This document shows, piece after piece, positions 39,032 to 49,330 of a DNA stretch of 64,000 nucleotides. Position 1 is the stretch's first letter, and every line of letters begins with the position of its first letter. Location: assembly GCA_963701085.1 (NCBI GenBank), contig OY969561.1, positions 512,001 to 576,000 on the forward strand, read 5' to 3'. The position numbers and the translations under genes were made by a program. Origin of the DNA: an uncultured bacterium (GTDB lineage: Bacteria; Babelota; Babeliae; Babelales; Vermiphilaceae). The notes below the pieces were generated by a model. It saw nothing but the letters and a program-made list of their open reading frames with translations. It was not told where the DNA came from and searched no databases.

Positions 39032-39125
39032 ATCTCGGACCTTCACTCACGCTAAGATGTATACATTATTAATACCACTTGTTTTTGATAATAGCAGAAA
39101 AATATCTTTTGCTAAGCGCTATTTT

Positions 39126-40724
39126 TTAATGAGCTACTCCCAAAAATGAATATTTCCTAAACATATCCTCAACTATCCGTCGTTTAGCTGCAACATCATA
39201 TTCTTGCAATTCAATCATCTCAAGATCACCTATAAAATCGGCTCTCACATTTAATGGGACTTCTTTTTCTGCACGTTGTTTTAAATTGTGGACTAAATAG
39301 ATCATCTTGCCATAACGTTCATCATCAAGCGGCCTTGTTTGATCAACAAAAAGAGAATTAATGTCAACCAATGCTCGACGTATTTGACTGTACTCTTTTA
39401 TAGTAAACTTTTTATAACTACTATACCCAAGCCAACTAACAAATGCTGCTGGTGTCAGCAACACAAGATCTCTCACGCCCTTAAACTGCTTCTGTTCTGC
39501 TTCAATCGCATCTAAAATAAGCTTCAGAACATCTTCACCTATACTCACTCCAAACAAGAGAAAAAAGTCTATTAATCCATGCGCATAATCACTCTGACTA
39601 GCTAACCATTCTATAACACTTTGTATTGATGCCGTCGGTTGCAAAACAGACATTTTTGATGGATCCAACTTTTCCTTTTTTGCTATGTTTCCCAAAAATT
39701 TTAGAAATTCTTTATAATCACCCTTATCCATACCATCATTAATTATTCTTGGCTCACCTAGTCCATATTTTTTACTCATATCAATCACAAATTGTTTAGC
39801 CTCGTCTAATGAGACATTTTTAGTATTAGCTAATGATGGAAGCATTACGCTCACTTTCTGCTTAGTTGTATTTTCCGGAAAAAGAACATTTATACTTCTC
39901 TTGACGGGCATCATAATCGGATCATAAACATTAACTTTTAAAGATTCAAATGCCGCTTGCAATTGATCAAAACTAATATTTTTATATCCATAGCCCAAGC
40001 CAAACATCAACGCCCCATACTTCAACCAGTTACGCTCAAAATGGACAGGAATCTGAGTGTCAGACATTTCTGATAAAATATCATTTTTAAAACGCCGGAC
40101 TTTTCCAAGCTTTAATCGTAACAACATCACTCGTGTAATAAATGGCGAGCTTTCATCACTATCCTGAGTATCTACTTTTATACGCGGCAATAAATCCAAT
40201 AATTCATCTATCCACGCATAGCCTTTTTCATAATCTTGCACAAAGACCGTTTTTCGTTGATGATCATAAACATTACCCAACTGCGCAAGCTGTCCCAATA
40301 AGACATACAACTCACCCTGATGACTTTGCAGTTGCTCAAGATTATTTTCTATCTCTTCTTTCTGTGACTTGCCCGTAACCCATTTAAGTGGACTTTTAGT
40401 TAAAAAATACCGCCACTGATGATTTCTTTGATCCTGCCAATATTTAATACGAGCATCAATTTCTTGTAATGCTGCTAATATTTGCGCATACGCATTGTCA
40501 TATAAAACTTTTGCGCATTTAACGAGCGCACCACTTTGCACTTTTTTATACACGTGCTCAGCTGCAACATCCTCTGAAAAATTACTCGTCACCCTTCGCA
40601 AATAAGACAAGGCGTCTGCTATTGTAGAAATAGTCACTTGCGGTGCAGGATGTGCTGCCTGGCAAACGCCACCGATGGTAAAAAAAGAAACTATTACCGC
40701 AACTCTTTTAATCAATATATTCAC
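39126..40724 (-). CDS. Exported NCA2/DGS1-like protein, paralog of 40882..42654
   Basis: GTG start with a GGGGG RBS. Motifs YW, HFERNW, LTPA, IRRALVDINSL, YGKMIYLVHNL, FIGDL, KRRIVEDMFRKY. Confidence 0.6.
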   Translation of the reverse strand: MNILIKRVAVIVSFFTIGGVCQAAHPAPQVTISTIADALSYLRRVTSNFSEDVAAEHVYKKVQSGALVKCAKVLYDNAYAQILAALQEIDARIKYWQDQRNHQWRYFLTKSPLKWVTGKSQKEEIENNLEQLQSHQGELYVLLGQLAQLGNVYDHQRKTVFVQDYEKGYAWIDELLDLLPRIKVDTQDSDESSPFITRVMLLRLKLGKVRRFKNDILSEMSDTQIPVHFERNWLKYGALMFGLGYGYKNISFDQLQAAFESLKVNVYDPIMMPVKRSINVLFPENTTKQKVSVMLPSLANTKNVSLDEAKQFVIDMSKKYGLGEPRIINDGMDKGDYKEFLKFLGNIAKKEKLDPSKMSVLQPTASIQSVIEWLASQSDYAHGLIDFFLLFGVSIGEDVLKLILDAIEAEQKQFKGVRDLVLLTPAAFVSWLGYSSYKKFTIKEYSQIRRALVDINSLFVDQTRPLDDERYGKMIYLVHNLKQRAEKEVPLNVRADFIGDLEMIELQEYDVAAKRRIVEDMFRKYSFLGVAH

Positions 40725-40824
40725 AACTACCCCCTTTACATAAAAAAAAATAATCTCTGTCCTCAAGCATATCTCATACGGCTTGCGGCAATCTAGACTA
40801 TTATTCAAAAAAAAGTGTGACCCT

Positions 40825-40850
40825 CCTGCGCCGCGACTAGGCGGACAGGC
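40825..40850. repeat. Short GC-rich palindromic module
   Basis: cctgcgccgcgactaggcggacaggc shares its ggcggacagg end with 22667..22695. Confidence 0.5.
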
Positions 40851-40881
40851 AATCACACTTTTAATAATCATTCAAAAATTT

Positions 40882-42654
40882 TTATGCTGCGATACGTCCC
40901 AAAAATGCGTATTTATTAAACATATTTTCAACAATACCACGCTTTATTTGTGGATCATATTGCTTTGATTCAAGCTTTGCCACATCAGTTAAAAATTCAT
41001 GCGATAATGGATCTTTAAGAGAATGTGCTTTATGGCGTAATTTATAAATTAAATACACCAACTTGCCATAATCATAATCATCAAGTTGTGCAAATGATTC
41101 TATTAAAAGAGAGTTAACATCAGCAAGTGCTATGCGTATTGGTGAATAATTTTTCTTGACGGCCCATTGATATGTCTTTGCACTACCTATACAAGCAGCA
41201 GCTAGCGGAGTAAATGCAGCAAGTTTTGCCGTCCAAAAATTGTTTTTAACAAAATCACCTACAACATTACCACCATCAACAATCAACAACCCTATTTCTT
41301 TGATTAATGGAACAATTTTTTTATCGATAAGCTCTGGATAATCTTGTAATAATGTCAATAACTCATCAACCACTAAAAGAATTCGCACTTCTTCTTGATC
41401 AAGACGATCATCATAATAATAAAAGGAAGTCTTTTCAGTTAACTCATTCAGCTTTTTCAAATTATTATTCGCCACATCCTGCATAATCTCTTCTTTATTA
41501 GCAACTTTCATTTTTGTTAGCGTTGTTTCCAATATCTTTTGGGCATATTGTCGCAATGACTCTGCACTCTTTTTAGTTAAAATCGCCACATTTGATTCTA
41601 TATCATTTGCTAATTTTTCTATCTCATCAACCCTTTTTTCAATATTATCAATTGAACTTTTTGAATCAATACCAAAGAAAACTTGATACAAATCCGTCAT
41701 TGGATCAATGACAACACTTTCAACAACTCCTTGAGCAAAGGAAACTGTTTTTTTAAATGCAGCTGGTAAAACCTTAGGGTTATTTGAATGATAATGCACC
41801 GCATACCCTGCTGCCGCCAAGATTGTTGTATATGCAATCCAATTACGTACAAAATGATTTGGCTGCCTGGCTGAAGCCATTGATACAAGAGAGTCACTCT
41901 TTAATGAACCAACATATTTAATTTTTAACCCTAGTTCAGCGGCAATAGCATCAAATTTGGTCCCATCAAAACTGTAGTTAGATGACACTTTTAGACAAGA
42001 CAAAATAGCAAACAACTGTTCTATCCAGACATAACAGTCATCATACATAACACCCGTTTCAGTAAATGCATGAGCATGTTCAGTAAGCAATCCTAATAGA
42101 GTGTATAACTCACGCTGTTTACGCTCTAATTTAATCAAATTATTGGTGATCTCTTTTGCCTGAGGCTTACCCATAATCCATTTTATAGGAGACTTATGAA
42201 AAAAATAATCCAACTGATGATGATGCTGATCACGCCAATAGCAAATAACATTATCAATTTCCTCTAATGCACTCAAAAGCTCGTTACGCGCATCGTTCAA
42301 AAAAACATGCGCGCAGGTTAATAACAGCGCGCTTGATATTTGTTCATATCGTTTATACACATCACTCTCAGCGGTTTCTACTTTTACCATCTCTTGATGA
42401 GCGGAACGAATGCGTGCAAGCAATGCAGTATGAGAAAAATCACCATAATTTTTAAACAGATAACGTAACTCTTTTTTATATGACACATTATCATCAACAT
42501 ATCGCTGAGGACCCTGCATGCAATGAGCATCGGTATATTTTATATAGCGAGTTACCGCTTGCTTAAATTCAATGGAAGATTTATGCCCTGATCCAGTACA
42601 CAAAGAAAAACTCAAAAAAGATACAATTAACAACTTATTTATTGGTATATTCAC
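40882..42654 (-). CDS. Exported NCA2/DGS1-like protein
   Basis: YW, RQPNHFVRNW, AFTPL, IRIALADVNSLL, YGKLVYLIYKLR, EFLTDVAKL, IVENMFNKY. Confidence 0.6.
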   Translation of the reverse strand: MNIPINKLLIVSFLSFSLCTGSGHKSSIEFKQAVTRYIKYTDAHCMQGPQRYVDDNVSYKKELRYLFKNYGDFSHTALLARIRSAHQEMVKVETAESDVYKRYEQISSALLLTCAHVFLNDARNELLSALEEIDNVICYWRDQHHHQLDYFFHKSPIKWIMGKPQAKEITNNLIKLERKQRELYTLLGLLTEHAHAFTETGVMYDDCYVWIEQLFAILSCLKVSSNYSFDGTKFDAIAAELGLKIKYVGSLKSDSLVSMASARQPNHFVRNWIAYTTILAAAGYAVHYHSNNPKVLPAAFKKTVSFAQGVVESVVIDPMTDLYQVFFGIDSKSSIDNIEKRVDEIEKLANDIESNVAILTKKSAESLRQYAQKILETTLTKMKVANKEEIMQDVANNNLKKLNELTEKTSFYYYDDRLDQEEVRILLVVDELLTLLQDYPELIDKKIVPLIKEIGLLIVDGGNVVGDFVKNNFWTAKLAAFTPLAAACIGSAKTYQWAVKKNYSPIRIALADVNSLLIESFAQLDDYDYGKLVYLIYKLRHKAHSLKDPLSHEFLTDVAKLESKQYDPQIKRGIVENMFNKYAFLGRIAA

Positions 42655-42745
42655 CAGTGTTCCTTATTGCAAAAAATGCGTATACAACGCGCATAATATC
42701 TATTTATATTATACCAGAAAAAATGAATTAGGAAAGCTACTTATT

Positions 42746-43162
42746 TTATTCAGACTGAATTTTTGAAACTTCTGCACGTAAAAACTCAAGACGCTGCTGC
42801 AACTTTTGTATCTCATCATTGCAACGCTCCAATTGGCACATTACCTTAGTTCGTTTTTGATGATAATCTGTCCGGCAGCTTTTACTCGCTTGCTTTAAAA
42901 AAGAATCTTTCTCTCCATCAGCATAGCCACTCAATAGATCAAGAGCCTCTTGTTGGACAACGTCAGTAGTTGATCGTAAGGCATTAACTGACCTATTAAG
43001 ATTATTTACTATAACAACAATATCGCTCTCAATTTCTATACATTGCTGCTCAGAGACATATTTCTTTTTATTTTTTGGCAGCGTAATAGACTCTTGTTCA
43101 ACAGAACAAGCACTACACATACCAATTACCATTACCAAAAGATTGATATACCGTTTTTTCAT
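42746..43162 (-). CDS. Hypothetical lipoprotein with a coiled coil
   Basis: Signal ending in a lipobox-like CSAC; helical body. Confidence 0.6.
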   Translation of the reverse strand: MKKRYINLLVMVIGMCSACSVEQESITLPKNKKKYVSEQQCIEIESDIVVIVNNLNRSVNALRSTTDVVQQEALDLLSGYADGEKDSFLKQASKSCRTDYHQKRTKVMCQLERCNDEIQKLQQRLEFLRAEVSKIQSE

Positions 43163-43168
43163 ATCTTT

Positions 43169-43786
43169 TTATTTCCCACTATTAATCATGCGCAAGCCTA
43201 TCCGCGCATATTGCCCAAATGACGCACTAATAAAGAGTATCATAACGCCAAGCATTGTATAATAGGTCTTAATGGGCATCCAGCAAAAAAAATAACAGGC
43301 AAAAAGCCACATAATAAATATCATCTGGATACAGGTAGTTGTTTTTCCAAGAATTGTCGGCTGTACGTTCAAATGACCACGCAAGCGATAAATAACAAAG
43401 GCCCCCACAATTTGTATCACCTCTTTACCCACCACAAAAAGCACAAACCAGCGTGGAATAGAAAACAGTGGCGTAGTTACAAAAGCTAACGTGAAAAAGC
43501 AGGATATCAGCAGTAATTTATCTGCTATTGGATCAAGACAAGCACCAAGAAATGTTTTTTCATTCAACAAACGGGCCAAAAGGCCATCAATAACATCGGT
43601 AAAACAGGCAAAAACAAAGAAAAAAAATGCGCACCCCCACCAACCAATAATCATGGCGCCAATTATTATTGGAACTAAAATTATTCGCAAAAGCGTAAAA
43701 AGCGTTGGAATGGTAATACGCTTTTCTGCATCTGGTAAGCGTTTGAAAATGCGTAACGTAAATCGAGATAGGTTAATTTTTTTCAT
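43169..43786 (-). CDS. CDP-alcohol phosphatidyltransferase (PgsA or CMP-forming cardiolipin synthase type)
   Basis: TDVIDGLLAR...LGACLDPIADK signature. Confidence 0.9.
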   Translation of the reverse strand: MKKINLSRFTLRIFKRLPDAEKRITIPTLFTLLRIILVPIIIGAMIIGWWGCAFFFFVFACFTDVIDGLLARLLNEKTFLGACLDPIADKLLLISCFFTLAFVTTPLFSIPRWFVLFVVGKEVIQIVGAFVIYRLRGHLNVQPTILGKTTTCIQMIFIMWLFACYFFCWMPIKTYYTMLGVMILFISASFGQYARIGLRMINSGK

Positions 43787-43794
43787 TGATACAC

Positions 43795-44862
43795 CTAAGA
43801 ACTTATCACCGCACTACCAACGCATACATCACCATCATAAAACACTGCATACTGCCCCGGCGCAATACCTTGATCACGAGCGGAAAGGATTACGGTGCCC
43901 GCGTGCCCATCTGTATCATATTCTATGGTGCATTCATACTTTTGCGCTCCATGACGCAATTTAACCGCAAAACTGTTTTTATCAGGCTTTATACCGGATA
44001 ACCAATGAAACTTTTCAACAACAAATGAGTTGCGTTGTTTTTCATCATCGTAATAATTGCGAGAAATAAAAACTATATTTTTCTCAATATCTTTTGCAAC
44101 AACATACCACGGACCACCGCCTAGACCAAGTCCTTGCCGTTGACCGATAGTATAAAACCAAAAACCATCCTGATTTCCCATAACTGTTCCGGTTTCACTC
44201 TCAATCATCTTCCCGGTTTGCATACCCAAATGGTGCCTAATAAAATCACTAAACTTAAATTTACCCAAAAAACAGATACCCTGACTATCTTTACGATCTT
44301 TATTTGGCAAATTAAACTCATGCGCTAACGCACGCAGTTCACTTTTTTGCATATGTCCAATGGGGAACATGACTCGTTTTAATTGTTGCTGACTTAGATG
44401 AGACAAAAAATAAGTTTGATCTTTGATAGGATCTGGGGATTGAAGCAGTTCAACAATGCCATCTTTTACACAAACTTGTGCGTAGTGACCAGATGCTATT
44501 TTTTCAAAGCTAGGATCAATTTTATCAAGAAAAAGACCAAATTTAATACGTTGATTACATAAAATATCAGGATTTGGTGTACGGCCTGCTTTAACTTCCG
44601 CAATGGTATAGGCAACCACCTCATCCTTGTACTCTTTTTGCAAGGAGACTACTTCAAGAGGGACATCAAGCTGCTCACATACCTGCTTTACAAAGCTCAG
44701 ATCGTTTTCCCATGGACAGTCACCCAAATAAGAAAGCTCATCTTCTAACCAAATTTTAAGGTAAAAAGCAGTTACATCATATCCCTGGCTTTTAAGCAGT
44801 TGAAGCGCAACAGAACTATCAACGCCACCAGAAACAAGAACCGCAACCTTCATTTTCTTCAT
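43795..44862 (-). CDS. mnmA: tRNA-specific 2-thiouridylase
   Basis: SGGVDSS, GRTPNPDILCN, KDQTYFL, DSQGICF, TIGQRQGLG, PGQ. Confidence 0.97.
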   Translation of the reverse strand: MKKMKVAVLVSGGVDSSVALQLLKSQGYDVTAFYLKIWLEDELSYLGDCPWENDLSFVKQVCEQLDVPLEVVSLQKEYKDEVVAYTIAEVKAGRTPNPDILCNQRIKFGLFLDKIDPSFEKIASGHYAQVCVKDGIVELLQSPDPIKDQTYFLSHLSQQQLKRVMFPIGHMQKSELRALAHEFNLPNKDRKDSQGICFLGKFKFSDFIRHHLGMQTGKMIESETGTVMGNQDGFWFYTIGQRQGLGLGGGPWYVVAKDIEKNIVFISRNYYDDEKQRNSFVVEKFHWLSGIKPDKNSFAVKLRHGAQKYECTIEYDTDGHAGTVILSARDQGIAPGQYAVFYDGDVCVGSAVISS

Positions 44863-45029
44863 TTTTTCCTTCAGTATTCAACGCATATATCTTTATAAGC
44901 ATATCATTTTCATGGAAAATTTCAATTTGTCCTGCAACAAAACAACATTTTTACAATTCTCTTGATCTTGGATATTTCTTTATTATATAACCATAAAGTA
45001 ATAAAACTTTTTAAAAATGAGGATATGTT

Positions 45030-45230
45030 ATGCAAAAAAGAGAATTAGCTAAATTTCTTTCCGGTGTCGCTGTTGCTAAAGTAGGATGCCATGCAGTGTT
45101 AGCCGCAAGTAATGTATTACCACTTACTTTATTAGGATGCACTATTTCCGTTAATTGTAATTTTTGGATGCTTATAATCTGGACTGCCGCAGCGATATTT
45201 CTAATCCACTATGCCTGGTTCAAAAAATAA
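45030..45230 (+). CDS. Small membrane protein
   Basis: GAGGA RBS and two hydrophobic helices. Confidence 0.6.
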   Translation: MQKRELAKFLSGVAVAKVGCHAVLAASNVLPLTLLGCTISVNCNFWMLIIWTAAAIFLIHYAWFKK

Positions 45231-45232
45231 AC

Positions 45233-46873
45233 ATGATTATACTGCTCATTTTTGCTTTTTTCGCGGGCTTTATAACGATTTTATCACCATGTATTCTTTC
45301 TATTGCCCCAATTTTACTTGCCGCAAGCGCAGAAGAAAGCCGCTATAAACCACTTGGAATCATTGCCGGTTTGATTATCAGCTTTTCATTTTTTACGTTA
45401 TCACTAACGGCCATTGTACAAGCAACCGGCATATCTCCTGATATTTTTCGCTCTATTGCACTTGGAATGATCATATTTTTTGGCTTAACTATGATCATTC
45501 CATTTTTTGAAAATACATTTGCTCTTTTTACCGCATACATCGCGCGCATAGGAAGCTCCCTACAAGAACATGCAATTCCAATAAAAACAGAACTTATTAG
45601 CGGACTATTGATTGGTATTGCACTTGGTTTACTGTGGACTCCCTGTGCAGGACCTATTTTAGCAACAATCACTACTATTGCTGCAACAGAAGGCGTTACC
45701 TTGACTTCCATATTGATCATCCTTGCATACAGTATCGGCGCAGCAATACCCATGCTATTACTCTGTTTTGGTGGTGCAAAAATTATAAACTCCACAACCG
45801 CTCTTGCACCCTACGCGCACACCATTCGCCAAATCTTTGGGATCATCATTATTACCAGCGCTTTAGCAATTATTTTCCATGCTGATACGTTTATCCAAGA
45901 AAAAATTGCGCACCTGTTCCCCTCTATTGATATTGAAAAAAGTAGTAGACTACAAAAGGAACTCAGCATGCTCAAAAAAACACCTTCTCAAAACACAAAT
46001 AATCAGGCGCCCGAACTAGTCGGCATTGCTGATTGGCTTAACTCACAACCTCTTACCCTCGCACAGCTCAAAGGCAAAGTAGTACTTCTTGATTTTTGGA
46101 CATACACCTGCATTAACTGCATTCGCACATTGCCGCACGTCGTTGAATGGTACAAATCCTACAAAGATAAAGGCCTAGAAATAATTGGCATTCATACACC
46201 AGAATTTGCTTTTGAAAAAAACAAAACACATGTAGAAGATGCCATAAAAAGATTCAACATCACCTACCCGGTAGCTCTTGATAATGATTATAAAACATGG
46301 CAGGCATATGATAACCATTACTGGCCAGCACACTATTTGATTGATCAAAATGGCATGATTGTAAAAACACATTTTGGTGAAGGTAATTATGTAGAGATGG
46401 AAAATGCTATATGCGCATTGCTCAAGTTACCCGCATGCACCAAAAAAGATGAGCTCCCATTCCGCAAGGAACTTACCCCCGAAACATACCTTGGTTTTGA
46501 ACGTGGCGACCATTACCAACCAACACTACCGATACAAAAAAATGCACCTGCTCTCTACCAATCAACAGAACCTCTTGGCGATGATAAGGTTGGCCTTACT
46601 GGCACATGGACCGTTACAGCCGACCACATTCATAGTGAAACCGATAACAGTGAAATTACATTAAATTTTATCGCAAATCATGTGTACATTGTCATGCAGT
46701 CAGACAAGCCTCAACAAGTATCCATACTTCTTGATGGCAAAAAAGAAGGCACCATTTTAGTACATGAACCACGCGCATATGAAGTCATTGATCTAAAAGA
46801 AAATTACGGCAGACACACGTTAACACTGCAATGCAACAAAGATATCAACGCGTATGTATTCACTTTTGGCTAA
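45233..46873 (+). CDS. dipZ: DipZ-like CcdA/thioredoxin fusion
   Basis: SPCIL, WTPCAGPIL, DFWTYTCINC, HTPEF, TPETYLG, YVFTFG. Confidence 0.9.
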   Translation: MIILLIFAFFAGFITILSPCILSIAPILLAASAEESRYKPLGIIAGLIISFSFFTLSLTAIVQATGISPDIFRSIALGMIIFFGLTMIIPFFENTFALFTAYIARIGSSLQEHAIPIKTELISGLLIGIALGLLWTPCAGPILATITTIAATEGVTLTSILIILAYSIGAAIPMLLLCFGGAKIINSTTALAPYAHTIRQIFGIIIITSALAIIFHADTFIQEKIAHLFPSIDIEKSSRLQKELSMLKKTPSQNTNNQAPELVGIADWLNSQPLTLAQLKGKVVLLDFWTYTCINCIRTLPHVVEWYKSYKDKGLEIIGIHTPEFAFEKNKTHVEDAIKRFNITYPVALDNDYKTWQAYDNHYWPAHYLIDQNGMIVKTHFGEGNYVEMENAICALLKLPACTKKDELPFRKELTPETYLGFERGDHYQPTLPIQKNAPALYQSTEPLGDDKVGLTGTWTVTADHIHSETDNSEITLNFIANHVYIVMQSDKPQQVSILLDGKKEGTILVHEPRAYEVIDLKENYGRHTLTLQCNKDINAYVFTFG

Positions 46874-47384
46874 TTTTTTTTACCATTCTCACCAGTTCTT
46901 TAAGCTCTTTAATTCTGACCGATGCCAAGCCACGATGAGGTGCATGCATTACATATACTTTTGATGCACCAATATCAGGCTGCCATCCATACGTAATCTT
47001 TGATGTACCAATAAAACGATCATAGGTTACTTTACCAACAAAACAAACCACTAATGGTTTATAGCGTTCTATATCCCTGCGTACATGCTCCGCTCCGGCT
47101 ACTGATTCAGCACGCGTTATTACATTCGCCGTCTTAGTGGCTCTATTGGCTACATTCAGCAATCCAAAATTATAAACTTTTTTAAATGCATGCAAATAAA
47201 GATTTTTCAATTGCACATCATCTTTAAGCACTTCGCGCGGTTCAGACAAAAGACCTGCATCATGCAACAGATACCAAAACATTTTATTATTAGAAAAAGG
47301 AATTTCACGCTGAGCAGAACCAGGATGAGGATTAATTCCTACGAACACAATTTTTAATCCATAACCTATTTGATATTTAATCAT
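46860..47384 (-). CDS. mug: Mismatch-specific uracil-DNA glycosylase (MUG/TDG family)
   Basis: VFVGINP, N.MFW.LLH.AG, VCFVGK. Confidence 0.75.
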   Translation of the reverse strand: MIKYQIGYGLKIVFVGINPHPGSAQREIPFSNNKMFWYLLHDAGLLSEPREVLKDDVQLKNLYLHAFKKVYNFGLLNVANRATKTANVITRAESVAGAEHVRRDIERYKPLVVCFVGKVTYDRFIGTSKITYGWQPDIGASKVYVMHAPHRGLASVRIKELKELVRMVKKISQK

Positions 47385-47392
47385 AATTTTAC

Positions 47393-47433
47393 TGCGCTCG
47401 TCCTGAACTCGTTGAAGGATATCTTTGAGCGCA
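47393..47433. repeat. Truncated type B repeat
   Basis: tgcgctcgtcctgaactcgttgaaggatatctttgagcgca. Confidence 0.8.
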
Positions 47434-47447
47434 GGAAAAAAATATCG

Positions 47448-47978
47448 TTAATTTTTTGCCGGATACGTTACTGTTGTTCCCTGCACAACTGCCCATGGAG
47501 TTAGTGTATGTAATTTTACTTCTGATTTACTATATATATCATTGACCTGTATGCCATGAGCAAGTAATGCATCACCAATAAGTGATCGATGACATCGCCA
47601 CGGCACCGCTTCAGCACACATGATGACCACTACTTTATGCTCAGCTATAGTAATGAGTTCTTGTAAGCCTTCTTTAAATTCATCGGTTTGCATGTAATCA
47701 GCATAGCCACGGAATGAAAGATTTTTCCAAGCCATATTAATTGAATCTTTGGATGCATGACGTAAACCACCGAGCTTTTTTTCATGACGATAATTAATGT
47801 GATGATTGCGTAAAACATGCGCCAACTCTTCACCATTAAATTGAGGATTGTGGCGTGATTTTGGTATAGTACGAATATCAACAAGTTCATCTATATGATA
47901 ATGCTTTATAATCTCTATAAAATCTTCAATTGATCTCGTTGAATGGCCAATGGTAAATACCGATAAATCTTTTTTCAT
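47448..47978 (-). CDS. DUF488 family protein
   Basis: FTIGHSTR, LVDIR, FRGYADYM, MCAEAVPWRCHRSLI. Confidence 0.9.
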   Translation of the reverse strand: MKKDLSVFTIGHSTRSIEDFIEIIKHYHIDELVDIRTIPKSRHNPQFNGEELAHVLRNHHINYRHEKKLGGLRHASKDSINMAWKNLSFRGYADYMQTDEFKEGLQELITIAEHKVVVIMCAEAVPWRCHRSLIGDALLAHGIQVNDIYSKSEVKLHTLTPWAVVQGTTVTYPAKN

Positions 47979-48016
47979 ATGACTTATAACTCCTCTAATA
48001 GTTTACTCATAAACAA

Positions 48017-49192
48017 CTAGACAATACATATATCACGACGTTGCAAAAGTGCAGGAAGTTTACCAATTACAACATAATCATGCTTCTTTTCTTTAACTGC
48101 CATATGATAGACGCAGTACCCAAGAAGATATAAACCAGTTACCCAAGAAGCCCCCAGAGTTGGCCGCTCTGCACTTCGTGCTATAGACTCAACAATCTTA
48201 AAAAAAATAATTCTTGCAAAAGTGCCCATCATGTTCTTTGCCTTTAACGTAGTTGAACCTGTCAACGCAAACGTAAAACAATCATACATCGGAATACCTG
48301 CTGAAAACCACGATACCATTTTCATGTACACTAAGGGATTGAGGCAATAGATATGCTCATCTCTCATTGGGACACGTGCATTAAAAAAATCTCTACTTCC
48401 TGTTGCTTGATATGCACGCACAGCTTCAGCGTTAAAATCATTCGCTATTGCGTTAATCCTAACATTCCTTTCATTTACGCCACAAATATCGAACCAAGGA
48501 AGCGCGAACGTTATAAAAACTGATAAAAAAAATGGTAAATAACGCAGATCCTCTTTGATGAATTTTTTGAGGGTAAATGATTCATAAAATTCATAGCGGT
48601 AATAGGGTTTACCATTTTCTAAAAAAGAATTCTGGAATATCTCAGCTACCTTAGCAATAGCTTCCAATTCACTTTTATCACGACTGCGGTCAACACAAGG
48701 CTCACCAAAAACAGTAATTTCTTTGGCAAGACCACAAATAATATCAGGTTTAAAATGAGGATTCTGGAAACAACGCTCTCTAAAAAAAGCATTTTTTTCA
48801 TCATTAATAATGTCTAAAAAACCCTCATAACAATATGCCTGTGCAATAGGCATATGCAAAAAAGCTTTGACGTGCTCATCATCCTTATACAAGCAACAAG
48901 CAATAGCTATTCGCAAATCTGGCACAAACTTTGTAGCAATATTAAATAATGCGTTCAGGCGTTCATCTTTATGATTGATAATGTTTTTAGTTACTTTTCT
49001 TTTGTCCCTTTCAGACAATGAAGAAAACCACACAGCTCCCTTACTCAACGATGTCAGCGGAAACCCTTTTAAAGATTTAAATGTTACTATGCGCTGATTT
49101 TTATTATCAGGCTCAAGGGAACGCTTCATGGGATAAGCAACGCCAAAAGAGATGAGCATAAAAAACACATTTATTTTTTTAACAATACACAC
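48017..49192 (-). CDS. Secreted or membrane hypothetical protein
   Basis: Signal-like leader ending VAYP-M, several hydrophobic segments. Start uncertain. Confidence 0.65.
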   Translation of the reverse strand: MCIVKKINVFFMLISFGVAYPMKRSLEPDNKNQRIVTFKSLKGFPLTSLSKGAVWFSSLSERDKRKVTKNIINHKDERLNALFNIATKFVPDLRIAIACCLYKDDEHVKAFLHMPIAQAYCYEGFLDIINDEKNAFFRERCFQNPHFKPDIICGLAKEITVFGEPCVDRSRDKSELEAIAKVAEIFQNSFLENGKPYYRYEFYESFTLKKFIKEDLRYLPFFLSVFITFALPWFDICGVNERNVRINAIANDFNAEAVRAYQATGSRDFFNARVPMRDEHIYCLNPLVYMKMVSWFSAGIPMYDCFTFALTGSTTLKAKNMMGTFARIIFFKIVESIARSAERPTLGASWVTGLYLLGYCVYHMAVKEKKHDYVVIGKLPALLQRRDICIV

Positions 49193-49330
49193 TGATGCAG
49201 CCCTTTATGATTTATTATTTTTGCAAAAAAACTAGTGACACTCAATATGCAACAACATTCTTCATTGATTTCTTAAATGTATATCGTTACAATAGCGATC
49301 ATAATACACCACCCATAACAAAAAAACACT

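Noticed and set aside
40725-40871. N-terminal extension of ORF 39126..40871 (likewise dprA to 23855 and troD to 19229)
   Set aside because: The extensions run through intergenic, repeat or overlapping sequence. Downstream starts with an RBS or stop-start coupling are more plausible.
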